Virus record (IMG/VR): IMGVR_UViG_2061766007_000856
Direction: 5' to 3' (one strand)
Source of the DNA: an uncultured virus (IMG/VR IMGVR_UViG_2061766007_000856)
Taxonomy: Duplodnaviria > Heunggongvirae > Uroviricota > Caudoviricetes
DNA length: 64,000 nucleotides
Position numbers and translations under genes: made by a program. The notes under the pieces were generated by a model. It had not been told where the DNA came from and made no database searches. It saw only the letters and a program-made list of their open reading frames with translations. The stretch's first letter is position 1, and each line of letters begins with the position of its first letter. This document shows positions 39,708 to 51,844 of the stretch, one piece after another.

Positions 39708-39736
39708 AAAACCGTCCGAAGTTCGGGCGGTTTTTT
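39708..39736 (-). terminator. Intrinsic terminator after 39740..43843
   Basis: AAAACCG(C/T)CCGAA-N-TTCGG(A/G)CGGTTTT hairpin. Confidence 0.8.
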
Positions 39737-39739
39737 GAT

Positions 39740-42700
39740 TTAAGCGAGCTGAGTGACCATAAATACCGGTTTTGAGGTAATTTCACCGGGCTCAATGTAC
39801 TCAACTTTCCGGAGCAGATAGCTATGACCAGACGACAATGTGTGTTCGCCAATCAAGTCACCAATTGCATCACCGTATGTTCCAGTTGATATACCTTCCA
39901 CAGTAACCGTTCCCTGCGAGCCATCCTTTACAACCACACAGCATTCATCACCGTAGTTCATATTGTTGATGCGCGATATTGTAACATCCACTCCGGTGCT
40001 GCAGCCAACAATATAATGCCTTCCCTTCAACGGAGTAATGGTTGCATCAGCGGTGCAGTTCTCGTAATTTAGTTCCCCATCAAACTGCGTGTTGCTCGAA
40101 GGAACGTTTTTGCGCAGCACAAGATGCAATGTACCGTCAAGTTCCTGCTCATTGTCAATTGCGAGGACCATGCCGCCATATGGGCAGGTTATCGTGCCAG
40201 TGATGGAAGTTGGCGACAGCAAGTCGGCAGCACCCCAACCAGCTACCGGGTTTGCATTAACGTATGCAACCGGCTTAGATTCATGCCCGAGCTTAATCAA
40301 ACCATAGTTATTTAGCGCACCACCGGTCGGCTTTCCAGCCAGTGCAATACCGCCTGTATAAACCATCGGCGCATCCGGCTTAGTAATCATGGCTCGGATT
40401 TCGGCGCGAGTTTTTCCGACAAACGGGTCTTTATAACCATACAATGGATGACCGCGATATCTATCATCTTCCTGTTGGTCAAGCTCAGCCATTTCCGTAA
40501 CCGGACCCCAGTTATCGGAGCCATACCCGGTTTCGGTTCTATAATTTTGCCATATCGTAAGACCGTTAACTGAATCGTATTGTACCCATGCACGCTTGTA
40601 ATTTTCAAAATAGCACGGATCAATATGGAACGGTTCATCATTTGCGCTTATATTACCAAATCCAATTGACCAAGTTTGGCTGAGAATATCGTCATGCGGA
40701 ATTGAGTTGTATTTCACCGGATGCGGGAAAACACCCAATATCGCCGGAAGGCTATTGCTGTATGCATCGGTAAGGTTTACAATGGCATTGTTAAACGAAT
40801 GTGTTGCATATGGATCGGTAGAATCCAATTCCAGTGTAATGCCACTACCAAAGATATGCGTGTCTTTCATGGATGGATACACCGGTCTGCCATCCGATAC
40901 CAGATATGCCTGCCCATTGATAGTAGTCTCATTTGCGAATATGCTCACATTAGCGATACCGAGTTTTTCAACAGTATTGGAGTTGCCTACAACGGACAGG
41001 TTGCAAGTATCAATGCTATCAATGGCATTCTGCCCACCCAAGATAAGCGAATATTTCAGCTTCTCCGGGTTAAGCCGGGCAAACCGGGCATTATACTCGC
41101 CAACCGTACGATCGTAGTAATTCGCGGTAAAAATCACTTTCTTCGTTGGGTTATAGGTAATCACGCCATCAGCATCGACAAATATGCCAGCATAGATGCC
41201 GTCGCTCTCACCGCTAAGCACCTGGTCAACGTAACCGCCAACCCCATCAGAAATCTTAATGGTCCCGTCACCAAGAATTACGTAATGGGCATTGAGAGTC
41301 AAATCACCATCGCTAACATGCTGATTGAACTCATCCGGTGTCATCACCACGTCATCTTTCCAATCAGAAGCCCCAATGGTGCTACCGACAATGATGGAAC
41401 CGACAGAGTTGTTTGGAATATGCATCTGACTGCCTATGGCAACAACACTGTCAATATTCTCACCATACACGTTACTGTCACCAATCAAGATGGAAGACCG
41501 TGCACCAAGTACCGGGTTACCGCCCTCATGTGTCAAGGTATTGTTGATGGAGAAATGTCCGAGTTCGGAATTTCCGGTTGACATGAGAATAGATGTCTGG
41601 AGGCGCTGACTGATACAGCCACCCACCTGCATGGCACATTGCATTTCAGGAGATGTTGGCGTTTCGGAATGGAATGTACACCACGTTTCCAGATTATGCG
41701 TCAAGTAATTGTGCGTATTGCCAGCAATATTCAGCGAACTATAAAAGTTGATATTTCTATCCAGGTCATCTGCATCATGGCCTCCTGTGGACGCATTATC
41801 ATATCCATCACCAATAGCAATGGAATTATGCATCTGACCACGGACACGGAATTCCGGGCTATCGCCGGTACGCAGTACAAGTGCATTTCTTGCGGCATCG
41901 TACGTTGGAGTTTTTCCAAGCTGCATATCGCCGATGAGCAAGGAGCCCCGTACATCGCTCACGGAACCGACAAAGCTACCACCCAGGATAGATTGATGTA
42001 CGCCTGACAACTCAGACGGTTCATCGGAACTGTTAAACCCATTGCCAAACAGAACAGATCCGTCGCATTCGGATACGCTGTAACCGGATGCGCCAAGCAT
42101 GGTAACACCGGTAGAGTCCTTGCACCTGACATTTTCCGAACCCAATATCGTAGTGTAGTCACTATTGCTGTATGCAAGCTTCCCCTGGACAATGGAATTT
42201 TCACCGGATGCCGCAGTAGAGTCGCCAAGTACGAGAGAATTCGATCCAACCGAGTATCCGCTGGCAAACATGCTTTCCGGCGTATCGCCATCGCCAAACG
42301 GAGAGACAATGCCTCGGCCATCGCCTTCCTCGCAGGTATAGATGCCACGAACTGCACCTGGCTTGCCAATGCCATCGACAAGATTTTTCAGGTAGTCATG
42401 GGTATGGTTCCTCGGTGCATACTGGTCCTGGTTGGTCGTCTGGGCACAGCATTCCCGGCCTGCACTGCCAACCTGCTGCTTAATCGCATTCATTTCAAGG
42501 GAAAGGTCAGTAACCGCCTCTGAAATGCTTGCCGATGCCAAGAGCTGATTCTTGTACCATGTAGTGGCATCATTTTCATAAAGGTTGTAGTACACCGCAG
42601 TGCTAGTTTCCAGTTCCGATTCATCGGGAACATGGATAATGAAATCAAGGCCGAACTTGGCAACACCGCCTTCATTGGGATTATCCGATATGATGGTGTC

Positions 42701-43843
42701 ATTGACATCGGCAACGGCAACCAACATCGGTTCCGCATCTCCGTCAATTTCGAACTGGACCTTCTGGAGGTTGCACCCTTCGGCATCACGGTCGGTAGAA
42801 TAACGATGAATTGACATCGGTACTGCATAGATACCAACACGGTTAAACCTGAAGCTAATATGCTTGGACGTGTACAGTTCCTGGTTTTCAGCATCCTGGT
42901 CATCGTCAGAATCGCCAGCTTCATAGTTAAGGACGGTGTAGCCAACATCCGATGTAATCGGTGTCAAATCAATAGTGAACTTGATTGCCGTTGCATTCGG
43001 GGACGTGTTCTCACCACGCTTCTTGGTTTCGGCAACCTTCTTTCCATTGTCATTGACCACCGTATAATGGCTAATCGGGAAATACTTGGTAGCCGTGCTC
43101 ATGTTATGGCACGAAGATACGGAAGACACTCCATATCCTTCGCTGCTTACTGGACCATGGAACTTGTTGAAGTTTGAAATTGATTGCAAAAGCGTCGGAT
43201 CATCAACAACCTGTTCAGACTGCGTATTTGCAGAATCCTGCCAGCCATACGGGCCACCTGACCTAGTGCCGACATAGTAACGATAGTCGGCAGAAACCAT
43301 AGGTTCTTCGCTGTTTTCGGAATTCGGCACATTTCCTACATCAGGTTCTCCGCGATAGTACAGCGGAGCCGGGATAGGAAGCCCAACATCTTCTTCAGCA
43401 TCGTCATTATCGGTTACACCGTAATAAACAGCCGCACCCTTTCTTACCAGGGTATTTTCGCCATGTCCATCACTCACGCTTTCCCATGCAACCAGCGTGT
43501 TGCGCGGTTTTTTCGTTACGCCATCACCCGGCACATAGACATACCGGTAGTTGGTACGGATGCTCTTGTCATACAGTGTAAGGCCAAACAGTGATGCAGC
43601 GGCGGTGTCATCTGGGTTTTCGGTGGCATACCCATTGACCATATCACCCTGCCAGATGTTATAAATTACGTCACCAGTCGATGTAAGCTTACTATACTTT
43701 GCCGCATCAGCTAGCGAGTCAACCTTCCTATTCGGAACATAGGCCAACGCATAGTAGCCAATCCAATATTTAGGGGCTCCTGCCGCATCGTCAAGCGGGG
43801 TAAGCAAATTTCTGCCAAGTTCGGTCAATTTGATGTTTGTCAT
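39740..43843 (-). CDS. Baseplate-attached tail fibre/spike protein
   Basis: N-terminal IKLTELGRNLL and F.FN.VG.YA baseplate-binding-type motifs, coiled coil, H.H motif, then beta-helix repeats. Confidence 0.7.
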   Translation of the reverse strand: MTNIKLTELGRNLLTPLDDAAGAPKYWIGYYALAYVPNRKVDSLADAAKYSKLTSTGDVIYNIWQGDMVNGYATENPDDTAAASLFGLTLYDKSIRTNYRYVYVPGDGVTKKPRNTLVAWESVSDGHGENTLVRKGAAVYYGVTDNDDAEEDVGLPIPAPLYYRGEPDVGNVPNSENSEEPMVSADYRYYVGTRSGGPYGWQDSANTQSEQVVDDPTLLQSISNFNKFHGPVSSEGYGVSSVSSCHNMSTATKYFPISHYTVVNDNGKKVAETKKRGENTSPNATAIKFTIDLTPITSDVGYTVLNYEAGDSDDDQDAENQELYTSKHISFRFNRVGIYAVPMSIHRYSTDRDAEGCNLQKVQFEIDGDAEPMLVAVADVNDTIISDNPNEGGVAKFGLDFIIHVPDESELETSTAVYYNLYENDATTWYKNQLLASASISEAVTDLSLEMNAIKQQVGSAGRECCAQTTNQDQYAPRNHTHDYLKNLVDGIGKPGAVRGIYTCEEGDGRGIVSPFGDGDTPESMFASGYSVGSNSLVLGDSTAASGENSIVQGKLAYSNSDYTTILGSENVRCKDSTGVTMLGASGYSVSECDGSVLFGNGFNSSDEPSELSGVHQSILGGSFVGSVSDVRGSLLIGDMQLGKTPTYDAARNALVLRTGDSPEFRVRGQMHNSIAIGDGYDNASTGGHDADDLDRNINFYSSLNIAGNTHNYLTHNLETWCTFHSETPTSPEMQCAMQVGGCISQRLQTSILMSTGNSELGHFSINNTLTHEGGNPVLGARSSILIGDSNVYGENIDSVVAIGSQMHIPNNSVGSIIVGSTIGASDWKDDVVMTPDEFNQHVSDGDLTLNAHYVILGDGTIKISDGVGGYVDQVLSGESDGIYAGIFVDADGVITYNPTKKVIFTANYYDRTVGEYNARFARLNPEKLKYSLILGGQNAIDSIDTCNLSVVGNSNTVEKLGIANVSIFANETTINGQAYLVSDGRPVYPSMKDTHIFGSGITLELDSTDPYATHSFNNAIVNLTDAYSNSLPAILGVFPHPVKYNSIPHDDILSQTWSIGFGNISANDEPFHIDPCYFENYKRAWVQYDSVNGLTIWQNYRTETGYGSDNWGPVTEMAELDQQEDDRYRGHPLYGYKDPFVGKTRAEIRAMITKPDAPMVYTGGIALAGKPTGGALNNYGLIKLGHESKPVAYVNANPVAGWGAADLLSPTSITGTITCPYGGMVLAIDNEQELDGTLHLVLRKNVPSSNTQFDGELNYENCTADATITPLKGRHYIVGCSTGVDVTISRINNMNYGDECCVVVKDGSQGTVTVEGISTGTYGDAIGDLIGEHTLSSGHSYLLRKVEYIEPGEITSKPVFMVTQLA

Positions 43844-43873
43844 ACGATTATAAACCCAGTTTTTACGAAAACT

Positions 43874-43881
43874 AGTTTATA
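43874..43881 (-). promoter_or_regulatory. Late promoter TATAAACT
   Basis: 30 nt before ATG 43843. Confidence 0.75.
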
Positions 43882-43902
43882 ATCTATGGCCTCACCAAAC
43901 CG

Positions 43903-46900
43903 CTAGAAAGCGCAATTAGTCAGCTCCGGATCGATGTATTCCGGTTCAATGACTTCATCGTCCTCACCATCCTCATTGCAACCAATTGCCGCACCGAATT
44001 CGGTTATTGAGACAACCGGCCCTTCAATCTGGGGATACAGGTTGATTTCATCGACATAGCGGACGATGATATCCCGGAAGACTACGTTAATCGGCTTCCA
44101 TACGCGAATCTGCTCCTTGATGCGCTTAATGTCGTCAGCCTGTATAGAAAACTGCGGAAACCGGGAATCGTCAGTAAGCTCGATGTCGATATAGGGTGTG
44201 GATACCCACGTACCTTCAAGAGTGCCATTTGTCGTATCATCCCTAAGGCGGTTTTCCACTTCGGCACGGTTCAACATTTCATCATACGGGTGCATGGTGT
44301 TGGTGTACAGCGTAAGCACTTCGCCTATGACGCCAAAGGCACCCATAAGCATCTTCAACCCAGCATTAGTGCCACCAAGGGCATAATACTGAGGCAAGTT
44401 AAGCACAGCTTCCCTAATCGCAGCTTCCTGCTGCTTTACCGTCCTGTACAGGTTGCTGGTCTGCACATCCTCCGCCATCGGCGTAAGGTCGTAGCCCATG
44501 AACCTGGCGAGGTAGCCGATAAGCTCGAAGTCAATCACATTCGCATCGCGGAGATATGCCAGACGCTCAATCTTTTCTATGAGCGGATATTTCATGTCAG
44601 GTATACCCTTGAAAGAACGCTTCATGTCATCCCTGGGTGCCACGTTCGCATAATCTTCCTCGGACGAATATTCAGCATTGGGGTTACGGGTCGTATCCAT
44701 GTTATCTATTGCCGGCTTCGCAAATATCGGGTTTCTAACCATGTACATGCGGGACGCATACGCCCACTGGGTAGACTTTGCGACATCCACGTCGGAATAG
44801 GTGGTATACTTGTATTCATCCACATCCTCGTCGGCATCGGCATCCATGAAGTAGCTATTGCGGTACTCATCGACACTGATTTTCCGAATCTTGACGATAC
44901 GCTTCTTTTTGAGAATGCTCCACCTGGAACCTTCACGGACAAGGTAGGACATGCGCTCGGACGGAACAAGCTGGCCAGCCGCAANNNNNNNNNNNNNNNN
45001 NNNNNNNNNNNNNNGATACTGTCAAGGCGCATGAAATATTCACCATAGCGCTTCACGATATTGTCACTACCAGGAAGGGTAATCACACCACGGTTGATTG
45101 ACATCCCCGGCACATAGTTGCCAAAGACAATCTTCACACCCACATTCATCTTGTCAGGAACCGACACCACCTTGCCCATCGCATAGTCAGACAGTCCGGT
45201 CGTCTCATCAAACCGGTCGAATGCCGTACCCAGCACAACGTAGTCGCCAACAGCCAATCCATGTTCATATTCGCATAGCAAGGTCTCCACGCCATTGTCG
45301 TAAGCGACCCTGTTCGTAGTGTTCTTGCCGGTAAACGTAGCCTGGGAACTGGTCTTTTCCCATTCGACTTCATCCACGGTAAACTTGTACCATCGGCATT
45401 CCGAAAGCGTCATTTCCAAGTCGCCGGTCGGGATTCCGACATTGGTGTAGGTATTATACAGGCGCATGGAGATTTCGATGGAGGTCGGGCTGTTTATCGC
45501 CTCGACGACATGGTAGCCATTGAAATCACTCGGGGTAATGTTTTCAAGCAACACCACCGTTTTCCCTTCAATGTACTTGCGGTTTTCTGTCGTGAAATGC
45601 ACCAGGGGTTCGGCAAGATGCACGGTGGCACGGCCTTCGCCCGTATAGATGATGTCACGAATCTTAATCGGGTCACCCAAAGCGATTGTCGGGTTCGTAT
45701 CGGTCACGTCAAACAGGTTGGTTTGCGAGAACAGGTCAAACGGGGTAACAAGCGCATTGCGCTCCACTTCCGGCCATATGCCGCTCTCAACTTCATAGAA
45801 TTTGACCGGTTTGTCACTTTCGTCAGTAATGACCACGATATCGCCAACGGCAATAGGTTTCCTGACCTTGGCCCCATTCACCGGAACAGGAATGTCAGGA
45901 TTGGAATATTTTACGGTAATCCCGTTAAACGCCGAATTCACCGAGGCGACCTCATATGGTCCGGCAGGGAACGGGGTGCCGTTCAACTCACAGCCGTCGA
46001 GATAGACCATGTCTCCAGCAATCAGCCCATGAACCCTGTTCTTGAACAGGACGGAAAGCCCTTCGTCGGCATCAGCCGAAATTGCCGCAATTTCAACGAA
46101 GTAATCCTGGACATATTCGATGTCGGCAGCATCATGTTCGCGAAGTGCAAAACAGCTTGTAGCCTTGATTTTGGGGTCTGCCTTGATATTGTAGGTAAAT
46201 GTGTCGCCATCAACCACGTCAACAGAAACCAGTGCCGTATTGAAGTCTATGCTATAGCCCCTCACCTGGGCTTCATTCAGACCAGCGACGGTCACCATTG
46301 CGCCATCAACTAGTCCATGATCAGCGGAATGTATTGTAACCTTCCACGTGCCGTCATCGTCAATCCGTTCCGCACCAATGGACACCGGGTCATCGACATC
46401 GACCTTGAATGAGGAAGAACATCCCTTCGTGACTATAGGATGCGTGTAGGACCATGCGCACCGGTCAAACAGGTCACTGCTGACGATATCCATCGCATCG
46501 TCCGCAGTCAGGCATTCGCCAGTCCCGCTACGCTCGGTGGTATGGAATTCAACCATGCCGTTCCTGCTCTTCCCGGACATGTTGAGGCTGTCACCGTAGT
46601 TAAGGAATTCACGGTGTTCCCATCCGTATTTTAGGGACTTCTCTTCAACCTTCGTAATATAGAGCGGCGCCATGAAGACTTCCGGGTCGGTAGTATATTC
46701 CACCGTCCCTTCATATTCAAGCGACGTAAACGGCCCATAATAAGGCATGAACGCGTTAAACTTTTCTGCATAGGGTACGCTGTAATGAACGATGCGGTCT
46801 TCACCGAACAAGTTACTGCTTGAAGCTATATTGGGATCGGTGACAACGCAATCCTCGGTACAGCGGTAAACCCTCTTGGTAGCCCTGTCATAGACATATT

Positions 46901-49090
46901 GGCCCTTCTTGTATTCGCCCGCCACAAGCGGATACACTTCATCACCATCCGAATACACGACCTTGCCTATGCCCATGTTGCCAATTTCATCAGTGAGCAT
47001 CACGTACGGACGAGTAAACAGGTCTCCACGGCTCCTGGACCATATGGTTGTCGTAACACCATCGGCCACATCGACTTGCAACAGATTCCTCACACGGTCA
47101 TCGGTCTTTTTAAGGATTTCCATGGAGTACGTGTCATCAGGGACATGGGTACTGAACGTGCCGTCAGCGGACATACGGACAACCAGCTGTTTGTCCGTGC
47201 CATGCAGCACAACAACCGAGCCGTCTTCCGAAAGTTTGGACTCGTTGACATATCCAGTCGTTATTACATCGGAATCGACAGAAAAATAGCCAACCGTTGC
47301 AGCCCTGACTTTTGCAGGGGTTGCGGTGCGGATTGGACGGATTGGGGCTGAAATCCCTTCCAGCTTCATGGCATAGCCATCGGCTACGGCAGTGAAGGAC
47401 CTCACTATTGCCAGGCCATCCCAATATTTGTTTCCACTCTCGATGTAGATACGGTCACCCAAGTCAAATGCCGTTCCAAAATTCCGCGCAATATCTGAAT
47501 TGAACGGAACAACGATTACATAGCCGCCATCCATGTAGGATTCGTCCGATGAACGGGCAGGATCGTCCTTCTTCACAATATTCAGGGACCCGATTTCCGG
47601 ATTGCCTTCGGCGGTACATGCATACGCGGTCATCTTCACATCGGGTATGATATTCAGCCCATCCTCGTCCTTGTAGTCAAGCGTTTCAACCATGCCCAAC
47701 TTGATAATAGGAGACGCCTGTGTATAATCAAGGACACCCCTTCCATAGAACAGCGGAAGGTCGATGAGGACCAGTTCACCATCGCCATACCCAGAAAGGT
47801 CCGGCATAGTCCCTGTCGGGATCAGCCTGAGATCAAGACGGCCACTTTCACGGCTATCCTTGATTACGTTAAACTCGCCAAGAATCTGCGAATTTCTCTT
47901 TACGGCAAGATACACAGTCCCATTTGCATATTCGGGATAGCACGTATCCAATTCGACCGTAAGTACATTGTCTTCTGGCTTGGGTTTACCGACAATCGCA
48001 TATCGGTTAGCCGTTTCAATATAGGACGGGTCGGTGCAGGTGTTCGCCGGCATGCAATATTTGTCCAGTCCCTTTATTACGGCTAAATTTCCCNNNNNNN
48101 NNNTCCGACAATCGCATATCGGTTAGCCGTTTCAATATAGGATGGATCGGTGCAGGAGTTCGCCGGCATGCAATATTTGTCCAGTCCCTTTATGACAGCT
48201 AAATTTCCCCCGCTGGTTTCCGAAAGGTAAATGATTGCCGTTGGAAATCCATTTTTCCACTTCCAGCCGTTCTCGCCATCAAAGCGTATCGAAGTCCGCA
48301 TCTTTCCGGACTGGGTACGTTCCATCCCATAGTAATCGATGACAGCCTTCTGCCCGCCAGACAGCGTTATTTCCTTCACCGCATTGTCAGACTTGACATC
48401 AAATATCCTGGCTGTAAAAAACACTTCCTTGTACTGGTTGCCGTATTCATCGCTGTATCCATAACGGGTTTTCACGGTAGACACATCGGATGTCTTGAAC
48501 GACAGCACCCTGCTGGCTGAGTTGTCGGTATCGGTAAACGGGTCCTGCGAAGTACCTTCCGGGTCCTTCACAAGAGCATTCGTCTGGGCATCGTAATAGT
48601 AGGCAACCACATGACTGGTTTCCCCCACAATGTTGTCGTAGTTTACGAAGACCACGTCACCGTCATTGAACCAGACGATTCCCGGATCGACCGAAGACGC
48701 ATTGTCAATGCGGTCAGCTATTTCGGAGCCGTTGTAGTTAATCGTGTATGGGGAGAATCCGGTGTCCTGCCCGAACACGGCATTCGACTTTACATTGGCA
48801 CGCGGCACCGACATGAAATTCACATAGTCGCCACGCGCACCCGCGAGGTCAAGCATCGTACGAAGATACTCCATGCGCTGTATGGCGATATCCACGTTTC
48901 CGCTAGTCGTAACGATAGCGAACTCAAACTTTTCAACAGTTTCAATGTTCCTGTATGCATTGTTGATGTAGTCGCTGAACACCTGCAATAGCGTAACCAC
49001 ATCCGGTTCGTTTTTCAGATACTCCGGTATATAGCCGACAAAATCACTAAACCGGAACTGACCCCTATCATTGTAAATCGGTGAGCGCAT
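43903..49090 (-). CDS. Baseplate wedge protein, T4 gp7-like (single gene split by N gaps 44985-45014 and 48094-48103)
   Basis: N-terminal YIPEYL....V..LLQVFSDYIN and C-terminal D...I....I.YLA..MG...NLP.YY..GGT..GL..L; directly follows gp6. Confidence 0.7.
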
Positions 49091-49099
49091 CTACATCCC

Positions 49100-51767
49100 C
49101 TATTTGGTAAGCAGCGAGGAATCATATGCCACAGTCAGTTCAATCTCCTCGCTAGGAATGTTAAACTGGACAATTTCGTTATCGTTCGTGTAATTGGTGA
49201 TGTTTCCGGTTTCCGGATCAATAAGAGCCTTCGCCGTCTTTGTGCACAGGATATTCCTCACGAGCTTGATGTAGTTCATCCCGTAAAGGAGATAATCGAA
49301 GAGAACGGAACCGTCAATTTCATGAAGATTCTTTACGGTTTCGGAATCCTTGAAAGTCAACACGTCAGAACCAGGTTCCATGCTCCAGGTCTTGATTGTG
49401 TTGATAATTGCTTCAAGAGCATCCATCTCCTCCGATGAACCGCTGTTCTTCGCATCTTCCCATGCGTCCACTATCGGCTTGTATACCTGCTGCATCACGT
49501 TGGACCAGATATACCCGACATACTTATCGGTAATTCGGTCGCTCGGATCATATGGCTTGACATGCGATGTGTAGTAATACGTCAGAAGCGTCTGCATATC
49601 CTTCTGGTTCGGGAGCTTGAATGTGAAAGAACGGTTTTGGAGAGTCCCGTGATAGGAAACATCCGCATTTAGCGTAAATTCAGGCCCGTCAAACGTGACC
49701 GTGCCCGGCGCGATAAAGTCGGACGTGAGCACGCCAAGCCACGGGTAATCTTCAAGCTCAAGTCCGTCATATCCATTGTCGGGGACAGTAAACGTCACAT
49801 CCACCCCAGCAACTTCCGGCATCGTATGGACAATGGACGCAATCCTTGAACGGTAAATCGGTGAACAGAATTCAGTATTGTCCTTCAGGAACTTGTAGAC
49901 CGCCTTGGTTATCTTTTCGCGCACGTCGGTAAAGTTGTTGCCCTTGTAAAGGGTGACATCCATGTGCATCGACATGTTGTGGACGGTCGGGAACACAAAG
50001 TTNNNNNNNNNNAGCCTTGGTTATCTTTTCACGCACGTCGGTAAAGTTGTTGCCCTTGTAAAGAGTGACATCCATGTGCATCGACATGTTGTGGACGGTC
50101 GGGAACACAAAGTTATGGTATCCGCCACCAAGCGTAACCATCGAACGGCGGTTCAGCGCAACCATGATAGAATGAAGCTCGCTGCCATCCACCACATAGT
50201 CCAACGGCGTAACCATTGCACCAAATACGCGGTAGTCCGGCTTGACCACCGGAATATACGGCAAGATAGCCTTCTGCATAATAGTCGCAAGCGTGGCCTC
50301 GTCCACGATTTCGGAAAGCGCCTTGTTGATGTTGGACACAATCTTTGCGCCATCGTGCGCAACCACGGAATTGTCAAGTTCCTCGTAGTCGTATTCCCAA
50401 GTGTTCATGAGACCGTTCACCTTGAAGCCGCTAAGGAAATATTCCGACGGCGCCGTTGGGTAGTACTTGCCATCCTTTTCACGGTAAAGGTCTTTCAGCG
50501 CACTGAACCGAATCTGGTTCATGTACTTCACATTGATTCCGCCATTCGGGAGCTTCGTATTCAAGATGTCCTCGCCGTAAGCGGATGCATACTTGATATC
50601 AGCGTAACGGCGAAGGAAGGTCTTGTATCCACGGCGGGTGACAAGGCGGTCAAGCGAATTGTAAATCTGGGAAGCGTTGTTCTTGATTGAATCGATACTC
50701 TCGATGTTCAAACCACCACGAATGTCGGTGGTAAGAAACATGTTAAGGTCGGAAACAAGAAGGTCGCTTTCCTTGCCATTTGCCTGGGTGATGCGAATGC
50801 CGCCACCGGCAACGGAAAGTGTGGTCCCTTCTACTCCAAGAAGGTTTCCCTGTTCACCGGAGGTGGAAAAGTACTTGACGATAATGTCGCCATAAGGGAT
50901 TGCGGATTTCAGCCCATCGCCAAATCGCAATTCAACACCGCCATCATTGGAAGTCCCTACGATTACAGTATAGTTGGTCGTAAAGTTCTTGTCGCCATCT
51001 GCAAATTTTTGAATGTCGTTCGTATTGTCTTCATTGCTCGGGTCAATCAGCCCGCGACGGGAAATACGCCAATACAGACGGTCGTTCTTCACCGTATTCG
51101 GGTCGATGTTGTCAACTAGCGTGGCATCGCTGGTGACAGTTGTAAAACACGCGGCACGCTGGGTAATATGTCCATCGTCCGCATAGTTCGGATCGTTTTC
51201 GCCAAAGTAATCGGAGAATGTAGAGTCATTGAGGTAGAATACCTGGTTCTGCTGTCCATTGGAGATCAACGCGTCAGTACGGTACGTTCCTTCTACAAGT
51301 ACCGCCACGCCGGAAACAAGCTTCATCAGTCCGGTCGAATCTTCGTCAGTTGCACGGTCATATCCAAATTCCATGTCGGTAACGGCAGTGAGCGTCCTTG
51401 CGCTCATTGAAAATACAGTCCCCTTCGGGATATACACCCGGACAGTGTCATAGACACCGGACTTCGTGAGGCGCAGGCCAATTCCCGCCTTTGCCGGAAC
51501 CGGACGACGGACGCTGTAGCCAAGCATCCTGGCACCGGCATAGACCGATGACGAGTTCTCCGCGGTTTCAAGGAAGGCGTTTGCAAATGCCGCTTCGGCA
51601 TAGTATGCCATAAGGTCACTCTGGCCCGCAAACAATTCAATAAGGGTCTTGCCGTAGGAGCTTGCGCCGAAGTCAGCCAGCCGGCCTTCCTTGGCCTGGA
51701 GAATCGAAACAAGATGGTCCCTGGCCTCTTCAAATGAGATTATTCCATACTTACGTGCAACTGCCAT
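49100..51767 (-). CDS. gp6: Baseplate wedge protein, T4 gp6-like (split by N gap 50003-50012 with duplicated overlap)
   Basis: NAFLETA...SSV...A..LGY...R, L.FGDG...IP, GG...ESIDSIK.NA......R.VT...Y. Confidence 0.88.
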
Positions 51768-51790
51768 ACATCATTTCCTCTTTCGCCAAC

Positions 51791-51798
51791 AGTTTATA
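51791..51798 (-). promoter_or_regulatory. Late promoter TATAAACT
   Basis: 23 nt before gp6 ATG with GAGG SD. Confidence 0.8.
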
Positions 51799-51820
51799 AC
51801 GTTTTTGGGGTAGGTGCCAC

Positions 51821-51828
51821 TATAAACT
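51821..51828 (+). promoter_or_regulatory. Late promoter TATAAACT
   Basis: 16 nt before ATG 51845 with GAGG SD. Confidence 0.8.
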
Positions 51829-51844
51829 ACACCAAGAGGTTCAG

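Noticed and set aside
43903..51767. Pseudogenised or programmed-frameshift baseplate genes
   Set aside because: All breaks fall at N gaps, two of them with duplicated overlaps
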